DNA of 64,000 nucleotides from Escherichia coli (GTDB lineage Bacteria; Pseudomonadota; Gammaproteobacteria; Enterobacterales; Enterobacteriaceae): NCBI RefSeq assembly GCF_003334335.1, contig NZ_QOWQ01000010.1; one strand, 5' to 3'. Shown piece by piece: positions 51,294 to 62,037 of this stretch (position 1 is its first letter; each line of letters starts with the position of its first letter). The notes under the pieces were generated by a model. It saw only the letters and a program-made list of their open reading frames with translations, ran no database searches and was not told where the DNA came from. The position numbers and the translations under genes were made by a program.

Positions 51294-52784
51294 ATGAGTA
51301 CTACAACCCAGAATATCCCGTGGTATCGCCATCTCAACCGTGCACAATGGCGCGCATTTTCCGCTGCCTGGTTGGGATATCTGCTTGACGGTTTTGATTT
51401 CGTTTTAATCGCCCTGGTACTCACCGAAGTACAAGGTGAATTCGGGCTGACGACGGTGCAGGCGGCAAGTCTGATCTCTGCAGCCTTTATCTCTCGCTGG
51501 TTCGGCGGCCTGATGCTCGGCGCTATGGGTGACCGCTACGGGCGTCGTCTGGCAATGGTCACCAGCATCGTTCTCTTCTCGGCCGGGACGCTGGCCTGCG
51601 GCTTTGCGCCAGGCTACATCACCATGTTTATCGCTCGTCTGGTCATCGGCATGGGGATGGCGGGTGAATACGGTTCCAGCGCCACCTATGTCATTGAAAG
51701 CTGGCCAAAACATCTGCGTAACAAAGCCAGTGGTTTTTTGATTTCAGGCTTCTCTGTGGGGGCCGTCGTTGCCGCTCAGGTCTATAGCCTGGTGGTTCCG
51801 GTCTGGGGCTGGCGTGCGCTGTTCTTTATCGGCATTTTGCCAATCATCTTTGCTCTCTGGCTGCGTAAAAACATCCCGGAAGCGGAAGACTGGAAAGAGA
51901 AACACGCAGGTAAAGCACCAGTACGCACAATGGTGGATATTCTCTACCGTGGTGAACATCGCATTGCCAATATCGTAATGACACTGGCGGCGGCTACTGC
52001 GCTGTGGTTCTGCTTCGCCGGTAACCTGCAAAATGCCGCGATCGTCGCTGTTCTTGGGCTGTTATGCGCCGCAATCTTTATCAGCTTTATGGTGCAGAGT
52101 ACAGGCAAACGCTGGCCAACGGGCGTAATGCTGATGGTGGTCGTGTTGTTTGCTTTCCTCTACTCATGGCCGATTCAGGCGCTGCTGCCAACGTATCTGA
52201 AAACCGATCTGGCTTATAACCCGCATACTGTAGCCAATGTGCTGTTCTTTAGTGGCTTTGGCGCGGCGGTGGGATGCTGCGTAGGTGGCTTCCTCGGTGA
52301 CTGGCTGGGAACCCGCAAAGCGTACGTTTGTAGCCTGCTGGCCTCGCAGCTGCTGATTATTCCGGTATTTGCGATTGGCGGCGCAAACGTCTGGGTGCTC
52401 GGTCTGTTACTGTTCTTCCAGCAAATGCTTGGACAAGGGATCGCCGGGATCTTACCAAAACTGATTGGCGGTTATTTCGATACCGACCAGCGTGCAGCGG
52501 GCCTGGGCTTTACCTACAACGTTGGCGCATTGGGCGGTGCACTGGCCCCAATCATCGGCGCGTTGATCGCTCAACGTCTGGATCTGGGTACTGCGCTGGC
52601 ATCGCTCTCGTTCAGTCTGACGTTCGTGGTGATCCTGCTGATTGGGCTGGATATGCCTTCTCGCGTTCAGCGTTGGTTGCGCCCGGAAGCGTTGCGTACT
52701 CATGACGCTATCGACGGTAAACCATTCAGCGGTGCCGTGCCGTTTGGCAGCGCCAAAAACGATTTAGTCAAAACCAAAAGTTAA
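51294..52784 (+). CDS. nanT: sialic acid:H+ symporter (MFS)
   Basis: 496-aa MFS ORF from [22 protein letters not shown]; upstream in-frame Met at 51264 rejected. Confidence 0.95.
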
Positions 52785-52831
52785 TCCTGTTGCCCGGTCT
52801 ATGTACCGGGCCTTTCGCTAAGGGAAGATGT

Positions 52832-53517
52832 ATGTCGTTACTTGCACAACTGGATCAAAAAATCGCTGCTAACGGTGGCCTGATTGTCTCCTGCCAGCCG
52901 GTTCCGGACAGCCCGCTCGATAAACCCGAAATCGTCGCCGCCATGGCATTAGCGGCAGAACAGGCGGGCGCGGTTGCCATTCGCATTGAAGGTGTGGCAA
53001 ATCTGCAAGCCACGCGTGCGGTGGTGAGCGTGCCGATTATTGGAATTGTGAAACGCGATCTGGAGGATTCTCCGGTACGCATCACGGCCTATATTGAAGA
53101 TGTTGATGCGCTGGCGCAGGCGGGCGCGGACATTATCGCCATTGACGGCACCGACCGCCCGCGTCCGGTGCCTGTTGAAACGCTGCTGGCACGTATTCAC
53201 CATCACGGTTTACTGGCGATGACCGACTGCTCAACGCCGGAAGACGGCCTGGCATGCCAAAAGCTGGGAGCCGAAATTATTGGCACTACGCTTTCTGGCT
53301 ATACCACGCCTGAAACGCCAGAAGAGCCGGATCTGGCGCTGGTGAAAACGTTGAGCGACGCCGGATGTCGGGTGATTGCCGAAGGGCGTTACAACACGCC
53401 TGCTCAGGCGGCGGATGCGATGCGCCACGGCGCGTGGGCGGTGACGGTCGGTTCTGCAATCACGCGTCTTGAGCACATTTGTCAGTGGTACAACACAGCG
53501 ATGAAAAAGGCGGTGCT

Positions 53518-53521
<4 letters not shown>
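52832..53521 (+). CDS. nanE: N-acetylmannosamine-6-phosphate 2-epimerase
   Basis: 229-aa ORF from [30 protein letters not shown]. Confidence 0.95.
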
Positions 53522-54854
<1,333 letters not shown>

Positions 54855-54873
54855 AACTTAGTTCGTTTTAAAG

Positions 54874-54898
54874 ATTCTGCAGACACTGTCTGCAGAAT
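54874..54898. repeat. perfect hairpin ATTCTGCAGAC-ACT-GTCTGCAGAAT (member of local GAATTC/CAGAC hairpin family), convergent terminator position between yhcH and yhcG
   Basis: Directly seen 11-bp perfect inverted repeat with 3-nt loop; no flanking U-tract. Confidence 0.8.
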
Positions 54899-54913
54899 TC
54901 GAAACCGCTGAAA

Positions 54914-56041
54914 TTAACGGCGTCTATAGCCTTCCTCTAGCACCGCCTGTGTTCGAACGAGTTCATCTGCGAGTCGTTTCTCATCAGGTAGTTGCATCTT
55001 ATATTCGCTTGCCAGAACGGTGTTAGGCAAACCTGCCAGAGCATAATGCGCTTCTCCGGCTCCTTTCTCTGCACAGAGAACCAGACCGATGGGCGGATTT
55101 TCATCCGGTAGCGTCCAGTGCTCTTTGGCGTAGTTGAGATACATATTCATCTGTCCGGCATCGCTATAGCTGAATTTGCCCACTTTTAGATCGACGATTA
55201 GCAGGCAGCGTAAACGGCGGTGGAAAAACAGCAGATCGACACGAAACCAGTTGTCATCAATGCGTAACCTTCGCTGCCGACCAACAAAGGCAAAATCATC
55301 CCCAAGTTCCAGCATGAAATCCATCAGGTGGTTGATCAGCGCCTCCTCAAAATCGGATTCTGAATATTCATCTTTCAATTCCAGAAATTCGAGCACAAAG
55401 GGATCGCGTATCGCCTGTTGCGGAAGAATATGCGTCTCGGCAGGAGCGTGTTGTTGCAGCATGGCTGATTTGTCATGTGACAGTAGTGTCCGCTCATAAA
55501 ACTGGGTCGCAATTTGCCGCTCTAGCTGGCGAACAGACCAGCCACAGCGGAGCGTCTCTTTTTCATAAAAGCTGCGGGCGTCAGCGTTTTTAACGGAAAG
55601 TAAACGGACGTAGGTGGACCTGGGCAAGGGGAAAGATTTGGCAGACAGCGTCTGCCAAATCTTTGCCGATGGGAATTCTGCAGACGGTGTCTGCGGAATT
55701 CCCAATGGTGTTAATTCGCCAGACATTGTCTGGCGAATTTCAACATGTTGAAAAAAGAGGTAAAAAAGCCTCATTTGGCGTAAGTTTTTTGCAGAGAACC
55801 CACGCTTATACCTTAGACATAAATCCTTTGATAGTCGCTTGATTAGCTGCGCACCATACGCAGCCCTGGCCTCGCCACCTTGTTCAAATTCGACAATTCG
55901 TCGGCCAATTTCCTGGTACGTCGCGGTCATTAACGCGTTAACGCTACGTACCGTTTCCGTCCGGGCGCTATCGACCAGATGAATAATACCGTCGTGGATT
56001 TGCTGGTAGCCTGCTGTGGTTCCTTCTGAGAGCGATTCCAT
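54914..56041 (-). CDS. yhcG: DUF1016 family protein with predicted C-terminal PD-(D/E)XK nuclease-like domain
   Basis: 375-aa ORF; N-terminal YhcG_N-like region, central low-complexity segment encoded by hairpin repeats, C-terminal region with acidic/Lys motifs (IVDLKVGKF) compatible with restriction-endonuclease-like fold. Confidence 0.85.
   Translation of the reverse strand: MESLSEGTTAGYQQIHDGIIHLVDSARTETVRSVNALMTATYQEIGRRIVEFEQGGEARAAYGAQLIKRLSKDLCLRYKRGFSAKNLRQMRLFYLFFQHVEIRQTMSGELTPLGIPQTPSAEFPSAKIWQTLSAKSFPLPRSTYVRLLSVKNADARSFYEKETLRCGWSVRQLERQIATQFYERTLLSHDKSAMLQQHAPAETHILPQQAIRDPFVLEFLELKDEYSESDFEEALINHLMDFMLELGDDFAFVGRQRRLRIDDNWFRVDLLFFHRRLRCLLIVDLKVGKFSYSDAGQMNMYLNYAKEHWTLPDENPPIGLVLCAEKGAGEAHYALAGLPNTVLASEYKMQLPDEKRLADELVRTQAVLEEGYRRR
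55632..55739. repeat. three tandem hairpin units (39-bp period) lying in-frame inside yhcG
   Basis: Directly seen: AAAGATTTGGCAGAC-AGC-GTCTGCCAAATCTTT (15-bp perfect stem), GGGAATTCTGCAGAC-GGT-GTCTGCGGAATTCCC (1 mismatch), AATTCGCCAGAC-ATT-GTCTGGCGAATT (perfect). Confidence 0.85.
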
Positions 56042-56225
56042 TATCTGTCCCTTTATATGGAGCTAAGTTGAATAATGGAATGAGCTATACTCTGGGGGGT
56101 GAGCACTGAACAATTAAGAACAGCGTATTACATTTACTTTCCCCAAGATATGCGAAGAGCTTTCCTGAAACATTAACCGATCGTATAAAACGAATGCCTG
56201 ATAGTACTCCTGTCCGGCATTGTTA

Positions 56226-56942
56226 TCACAAGTAGACTACGCTTATCACAGCTTTCCCATCAAGTTCGATTTTTTCTGAACCGCCTAAATCATTCGCGAT
56301 AGATGCGCTCACCTGAAGCGGTATAATGGCGTTCGTTACAGGAGTTGGGGTTGTTTCACCTGGTTTTACAAAGGTGTAATAATAGCTTTGATCGACTGCA
56401 AGCGGATAAGCGGTGAGCGTTTGCCATGCTCTTTTTTGCCCTGTTATGACGGCATCTGCACCTGCTATTGATACAGCTAACGTCTGGCTACCATTGCTGG
56501 CACTAATGTTGTTGCTATCAATTAACACGGCATAACTACCGATATTTTTATTATCTTTTGTTTTCCCTAAGCCGAATAAGCGCGTTGTCTGGCTAATATA
56601 ACCTCCGCCATTTAAGGTATATTTTACACCACTCTGACCCCCACTATCTTTTCCGGTGGTCATACTATCCATTCGTGTATCACGAGCGGTAATCGCAATG
56701 CCGGTAGCGGATTCGCAAGTTATAGTCATATTAATATTACGTGTTCCAATCTGTGTGTAGTGCTGCGTTGAAAGTCTATTGACTGAATGACTACCGAAGT
56801 TAACAACTCCGCCGTTGCTTAGTATTGGAGTACAAGCTGCAGCTTCCAGAGTCACCTTAACGTCAATTGATACTCTATCAGCGGCTTGCGCTGACATGGC
56901 AAAAAAGGCACTTCCGGCAATCAGTAATTTTACATTGTTCAT
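56226..56942 (-). CDS. yhcF: DUF1120 family secreted protein (putative fimbrial-like subunit), paralog of GltF
   Basis: 238-aa ORF with signal peptide; shares motifs with gltF product (ACTP..GG.V.FG, NITC, GLG, LDGxAxISVxYL C-terminus). Confidence 0.85.
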   Translation of the reverse strand: MNNVKLLIAGSAFFAMSAQAADRVSIDVKVTLEAAACTPILSNGGVVNFGSHSVNRLSTQHYTQIGTRNINMTITCESATGIAITARDTRMDSMTTGKDSGGQSGVKYTLNGGGYISQTTRLFGLGKTKDNKNIGSYAVLIDSNNISASNGSQTLAVSIAGADAVITGQKRAWQTLTAYPLAVDQSYYYTFVKPGETTPTPVTNAIIPLQVSASIANDLGGSEKIELDGKAVISVVYL

Positions 56943-57490
56943 TTTGCCTCCACCAGGACCGTCAGATTGCCTGTAATATCTGTCATGTCGGTTAGTTCCC
57001 CTTCATCCTTAAAAGCTGGAGCCATTGTCAGTGTGAGGCTAACGCTTTTACCGCTATCAATTACCACTTCTTGACCATTTTGCATAAACACCAGCCAATT
57101 ATTGGGGGAAGTACTAATTGATGCTGTTCCTGTGCTGCCCGGATTGTCATTTTTGCCACTGGCTAACGCCAGGTCGAGATTGTTACTACCTGAAAATGCA
57201 TCGCTGGCGATCAGATTTAATGAACCATTCGGGCCAAATCCAAATCCGTTGTTGGAAATATTAGCGGTATTCAACTGAACACGAATATGAGCGTCCTGAT
57301 CGCATTGCATTACCAGCGTGATTGTTCTGTCTGCTAATTGTGTTGTTTTACCCCGGTCAACTTGGCGCATGGCAGCACTTCGTTTGCCATAGTCGATATT
57401 TTGTATGCTACTGGAGATATTACACTCTGCCTGAGCGGCCATGGCGAAGTTCAGCAGCAGGCATCCTGTTATTATCCGTTTCATTGGCAC
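56939..57490 (-). CDS. yhcE: putative fimbrial-like secreted protein, intact
   Basis: 183-aa ORF with signal peptide MPMKRIITGCLLLNFAMAAQA, contiguous with yhcD and yhcF; no insertion sequence interrupts it. Confidence 0.8.
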   Translation of the reverse strand: MPMKRIITGCLLLNFAMAAQAECNISSSIQNIDYGKRSAAMRQVDRGKTTQLADRTITLVMQCDQDAHIRVQLNTANISNNGFGFGPNGSLNLIASDAFSGSNNLDLALASGKNDNPGSTGTASISTSPNNWLVFMQNGQEVVIDSGKSVSLTLTMAPAFKDEGELTDMTDITGNLTVLVEAK

Positions 57491-59862
57491 TCTCCTGTTG
57501 CTGTCTCATAGAACACATCTTTTGGTGCATCTTCTGGGAATGTAAGGTGAATACGGCATGATTGCTGCTCATCTTTTATATCTAGCACCATGTCCGGTTT
57601 GATGTTATTGAGGAATACAACACCGTCATCCACTGATGTTGTCAGATAGTTGCCTTCACTATCTTCAATCGCAACGCCTCTGGGCAGTTTTTTGCCGTCG
57701 GAAAGTGTGATACTGAGTAATGCACGGCGTTGTGTTATCGCACTGAATCCGACTTTCCCTACTGCACCACGGCCTTGTTTGATCATTTTTGTGCCGTTAC
57801 CGATATCGACATTTTTTGGCAAGCTGGCGGTATCGATCTCAACTCCTGATGTTCGCCACGGCTGGATTGATGGAATGACGGCATTACCCCGAAAATCTGT
57901 CCATACTGGGCCTGCCTGAGATGTAATTCTGACACCTGCAATATTGTTATCCATTTTTGCGATGGCGAAAGTGTCATTGATAGTCCACGGTGAAAAGGTC
58001 ACTCCCTGATCATGTACGGCAATACCACCTGACATCGTACCGTTGTAAGTACGGCTATCACTGCCGCTTGCTCCTGCGGCAAGGCTGACTTGGGTGTAAT
58101 GGAGATTGGAACTGATACTGCCGTTCAAGCTCGTTTCACGTTCGTCGTGATCTCGTTCAGCATTCACATAGTAGGACATCTCATCTGAGACGACTCCCAT
58201 GACACCAGTACCATAGTGGGTTTTATGATCGTCATGGCGAGTATACAGTGTGGCGGTGTTTGATCTGCCAAATGGAATACTGATGTTGACGTAGAACAGA
58301 TCACCATCGTCTTCATTATTTTCTGAAGCACTAAGTTGATGCTGCCAGTTGACGGAAACCGTGGCGTGTTTGAACGCTTTGTTCCAGTTAATATTAAGGT
58401 TGCTTGAGTCATTGTCACCGTCGTAACTATATGTTTTATAGCCACTGATGTTGAAACCACCCAGAATGGAGTTAGACCAGTTTAAACCAAGCGCATAAGT
58501 GCTTTTAGTCGGATCGGTATAATCATCATCAATCGCTTCAGACAGTTCGCGATAATGGCGATCAGATCGAGTGAGGCTGGTTGTTAGCCCAAGTGAAAAT
58601 GGGAGATTGTAGTTCGCGTCAAGACGATATTTCTGTCCTTGCAGTGAGTCTTTCGTATCCTGCGATGTACTAATTTGGCTGCTCACTGTTAAATCGGGCA
58701 GGGGAACCAGACTCGACCGGATTGATGCCGCCTGATAATTTTCTGCTACGATAACGCCGCCGTTCATTGCACTCCAGCGTGTCAGATTCCATCCGCTCGA
58801 TGCACTAATTACCCAAGGTGATTCGTCATAGTCATCGTCTACCCGCCCTATCGCGAAGCGATAACCCTGGAAGCTTTCTACATGCTGATTAAACAGGGTG
58901 GAGGGAACAATATAGTTGTGCGAACTACCGTCTGTTTCGACAACGGTGACATTAAGATCACTATTACCATTGCGAACAGGTACATCAGGGATAGTGAATG
59001 CGCCCGCAGGAACCAGAATGGAATGAATTAAAACTCCTTGTTGACGAATCTCGACACGAGCCTGAGAGGTGTTGGCTATACCAGTAACTTGCACACCACT
59101 GCCGCTGGTTTGCAATGCGTTGTCCGGTGCGATTTCGATACCGTAAATACTGGCTCCTTCCAACACGCTATTATTGAGGTTAACTTCACCTGCTCGCATG
59201 AGTGTTTTAAGATCTGTAAAGGTACGTTGAAGGTAGGTTGACGAGTTCTGGTTACTGAATGTGCCATTTGTTTGTGTAAGGAACTGATGGCTGCGTAACA
59301 TCCAGTCATTAATATTAATCCCGCCTTCAAGTGCAGCCTGGGAGTAGTCCGAACTCCCATTAGAAAATTCTGCACGGCTGCTCATCAGAGAGTAGTTTAG
59401 CAGCGCAGCTGTTCCACCAGTTGCTGCGTTTGTGAGATCCAACCCTATGGGAATGATCGCCTGTGGTGAAACGATAATATCTAACGCTTCCTGGTTAGGT
59501 AATGGTGTGATTGTGGTACCCGGGTAGGACAATATATAGTCGTAACAGCCATTTTTTTCTTCAGAAGGAATTTTTAAACCGGCTTGTTGCAGAAATGCCT
59601 GATCAAGACAAATGTCGCCATTTTCATCAAAGCGCGTAGCAATGTTGCCTTTTTTTTCGCCATTTACTGATACTATCAGTGAATATTCACCTGGCAAAAA
59701 ACGGGCTGAACGGGAAAAATAATGCGATATATTAGGATCTACACCTAGTGATTTTAATGTTTCCCGATCAAAATCAACAGCGGCAATCTCTATACCATCT
59801 GCATTGGCTGGGGGAGAAAAGGCAAAACCAATGGTGTAGGCCAGTAACGTTTTTTTTAACAT
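57481..59862 (-). CDS. yhcD: fimbrial outer-membrane usher protein
   Basis: about 793-aa ORF from MLKKTLLAYTIGFAFSPPANA, large beta-barrel usher (PapC/FimD family), C-terminal Cys pair. Confidence 0.92.
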   Translation of the reverse strand: MLKKTLLAYTIGFAFSPPANADGIEIAAVDFDRETLKSLGVDPNISHYFSRSARFLPGEYSLIVSVNGEKKGNIATRFDENGDICLDQAFLQQAGLKIPSEEKNGCYDYILSYPGTTITPLPNQEALDIIVSPQAIIPIGLDLTNAATGGTAALLNYSLMSSRAEFSNGSSDYSQAALEGGININDWMLRSHQFLTQTNGTFSNQNSSTYLQRTFTDLKTLMRAGEVNLNNSVLEGASIYGIEIAPDNALQTSGSGVQVTGIANTSQARVEIRQQGVLIHSILVPAGAFTIPDVPVRNGNSDLNVTVVETDGSSHNYIVPSTLFNQHVESFQGYRFAIGRVDDDYDESPWVISASSGWNLTRWSAMNGGVIVAENYQAASIRSSLVPLPDLTVSSQISTSQDTKDSLQGQKYRLDANYNLPFSLGLTTSLTRSDRHYRELSEAIDDDYTDPTKSTYALGLNWSNSILGGFNISGYKTYSYDGDNDSSNLNINWNKAFKHATVSVNWQHQLSASENNEDDGDLFYVNISIPFGRSNTATLYTRHDDHKTHYGTGVMGVVSDEMSYYVNAERDHDERETSLNGSISSNLHYTQVSLAAGASGSDSRTYNGTMSGGIAVHDQGVTFSPWTINDTFAIAKMDNNIAGVRITSQAGPVWTDFRGNAVIPSIQPWRTSGVEIDTASLPKNVDIGNGTKMIKQGRGAVGKVGFSAITQRRALLSITLSDGKKLPRGVAIEDSEGNYLTTSVDDGVVFLNNIKPDMVLDIKDEQQSCRIHLTFPEDAPKDVFYETATGECQ

Positions 59863-59882
59863 CCTTGTCGCTCCAGGCAAAG

Positions 59883-60557
59883 TTATTTTAAGTCAGTGAC
59901 ATATTTATTACCGCGATAACCATATCGGCTGGCTGGGTAAAACTCGACTTTTGTATCCGTAGCGTTTGTTAATGCAGTAGTTGTACTGGTGTGTGGTAGA
60001 AAATAGGTCTTATTTATAGCCCCCGTTTTTCCTGAAGGGAGCGTTTTAAATTGTAAGGTCATACGAACGACATAATTACTGGGGTTGCTAATCTCAATTT
60101 GGTCGCCATTTTTACGCCATTCCAGGAATTTCCAGGTCTCTCGCTCTTCCGGCAGGGAAGCCGGGTGGATCAGTACAGGTAGATCCTGACGAATTGAAAC
60201 AGTAACTCTGCTGCTCTTGTCATCTTTTGGTGGAATACCTTCGAACGTTACGCGTTTCAGCTCTTCTGATTGCAGAGGAACAGTCGCCTGAAGTAAAAAT
60301 CGAACCTGTTGTACTTGACCGGCTTCAACACGAATAACGGGCTGAGTCGGGATTAAACGAATTGATTTATTGCTTTCAGGCAAATCAACAATGGTGGTGT
60401 AAAGCAATGAAGGATGATCATCTGTATTCTTAATATTAATACTAGCTTCACCACGCTTTTCATCAACCAGCAATACTGATGTTTCAGGAACCATCCCTGT
60501 GGCTAAGGTATTCATTGATGTTGTTATAAATACAGTGAATGTAATGTGTCTGAGCAT
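59883..60557 (-). CDS. yhcA: periplasmic fimbrial chaperone (PapD-like)
   Basis: 224-aa ORF with signal peptide and Ig-like chaperone N-domain pattern. Confidence 0.9.
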   Translation of the reverse strand: MLRHITFTVFITTSMNTLATGMVPETSVLLVDEKRGEASINIKNTDDHPSLLYTTIVDLPESNKSIRLIPTQPVIRVEAGQVQQVRFLLQATVPLQSEELKRVTFEGIPPKDDKSSRVTVSIRQDLPVLIHPASLPEERETWKFLEWRKNGDQIEISNPSNYVVRMTLQFKTLPSGKTGAINKTYFLPHTSTTTALTNATDTKVEFYPASRYGYRGNKYVTDLK

Positions 60558-60728
60558 TTAAATTAAAACTCCTGTAATAATGATAAATAACGCAGAAACA
60601 TATTGTTAATATATGTTATGCACTGTTTGCGATGAGATTGATTAAGACAGACCATGTCATAGGGCATAATCTGTCCGAGTTATAGCTAACTGGTTAATGC
60701 GTAAAAATAAAAACTGTATTACAAGTTC

Positions 60729-61493
60729 TTATAAATACTGAACGCTGATAGTGACGTTACCATCCAGTTTGATCGTTTCATCAGAACCAAGAATAGTATT
60801 GTCATTTACCGCAGCATCAATCAGTAACGGGAAGGTGACCGCTGTAATGGCAACAGGTGTCAGTTCCCCTGTTTTTGCAACAGAATAACCGCGCTCGATT
60901 GCTGAGCAACTTGTCAGCGAGCAGAATGCGCCATTAGATGAGGCTTTCCATGTGGGGGTCGCTGCTGACCAGTGGTCAGTTTGAATCAGGTCGACAGGAA
61001 TTTCACCTGTATCGTCCGCCGCGTGAATCCCACCATTAGACCTGTCAATACCAATGGATGCAGCGCCAATTTTTTGTCCATTAGGCGCAGAACCTAAACC
61101 AAAGGCGTTTTTCGTTCCCTTCATATCTACGAGAGTATCATAAGCTTTTTCAATATAGGATGTGTCGTTTAACGCTACAATGGTCGACTGACGGTTATCC
61201 TTGGAGGTTACAGCAATTAGCGTTGGTGCTGTGCAGGTTATATTTAATGTGCTGTTTTTGCGGCCCAGTTGAACCAGTTTATTACTTTTACCGGTCGGAT
61301 TCAGCGCACTGTTATGATGTTTCCCATAGTCAACAATGCCGCCGCCCGTAACAACTGGGGTACATGCACCAGGGGTATACTCGCCGATGATAGTTAATTC
61401 TGTATCAGTTGAATCTGTTGCCATGGCACTGAATGCTGCAACAGAAAGTGCTGCACAAATAGCAGCTGTTGTGAGGTTCTTTTTGAAAAACAT
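60729..61493 (-). CDS. gltF: DUF1120 family periplasmic protein GltF (fimbrial-subunit-like)
   Basis: 254-aa ORF with signal peptide MFFKKNLTTAAICAALSVAAFSAMA; paralogous to yhcF. Confidence 0.9.
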   Translation of the reverse strand: MFFKKNLTTAAICAALSVAAFSAMATDSTDTELTIIGEYTPGACTPVVTGGGIVDYGKHHNSALNPTGKSNKLVQLGRKNSTLNITCTAPTLIAVTSKDNRQSTIVALNDTSYIEKAYDTLVDMKGTKNAFGLGSAPNGQKIGAASIGIDRSNGGIHAADDTGEIPVDLIQTDHWSAATPTWKASSNGAFCSLTSCSAIERGYSVAKTGELTPVAITAVTFPLLIDAAVNDNTILGSDETIKLDGNVTISVQYL

Positions 61494-62012
61494 ATGAACA
61501 TATCCTTAATAACAAATTTATTTTTTAAAATAAAAAGCTGAAGCAGTATATATATCTGTTTGTGAATGTAAATAAATAACTCGTTCAGAAATAGCCAACT
61601 TGCTGGGATGTATTTATTTAATGAATTTTATAGTTACGATCATGTGAATAATAAGGTGCTGGTGAGGTGGTTTGTGGTGATAATTATTCATTACATGAAT
61701 GTTTGCGCTGAAAAATAGGAAAATATATAGATAATTAAGGATAATATATTGGTTTTTTATATTCATATTTTGTATATTAATATCGAGACAATTTACATGA
61801 AATGAAAAGACTGAATAGCTTGCAGAATCGGTATTGTCAGAGGTGTTAACAAGTAATTGAGACGGATTGTAAATGAGAAATTGCTTGATGTGCTTCACTC
61901 ATCAGACTTGGTGAACAAAGCACAATTTATTGAAAATTATCCCTATTATAGGAAAGGTCAAACGCTCATGCCGCATTTGCCAGAAAACAACGCGCACTTC
62001 GTCAGTAATTTG

Positions 62013-62037
62013 ATTCGCCAGACACAGTCTGGCGAAT
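62013..62037. repeat. perfect hairpin ATTCGCCAGAC-ACA-GTCTGGCGAAT (same family as 54874 and 55632-55739) just downstream of gltD stop
   Basis: Directly seen 11-bp perfect inverted repeat, 3-nt loop, flanked by GAATTC. Confidence 0.8.

Noticed and set aside
61614-61898. 94-aa ORF in the gltD-gltF spacer
   Set aside because: It lies in extremely AT-rich low-complexity DNA, gives an Ile/Asn/Tyr-rich product and has no RBS; more likely promoter or curved DNA than a gene.
54874-62037. Hairpins containing EcoRI (GAATTC) and PstI (CTGCAG) sites as possible synthetic polylinker or vector contamination
   Set aside because: Several copies exist with different, mutually compensating stem sequences (GCCAGAC, GGCAGAC variants), and they are embedded in native chromosomal context including an intact reading frame, which is inconsistent with a cloning artefact.
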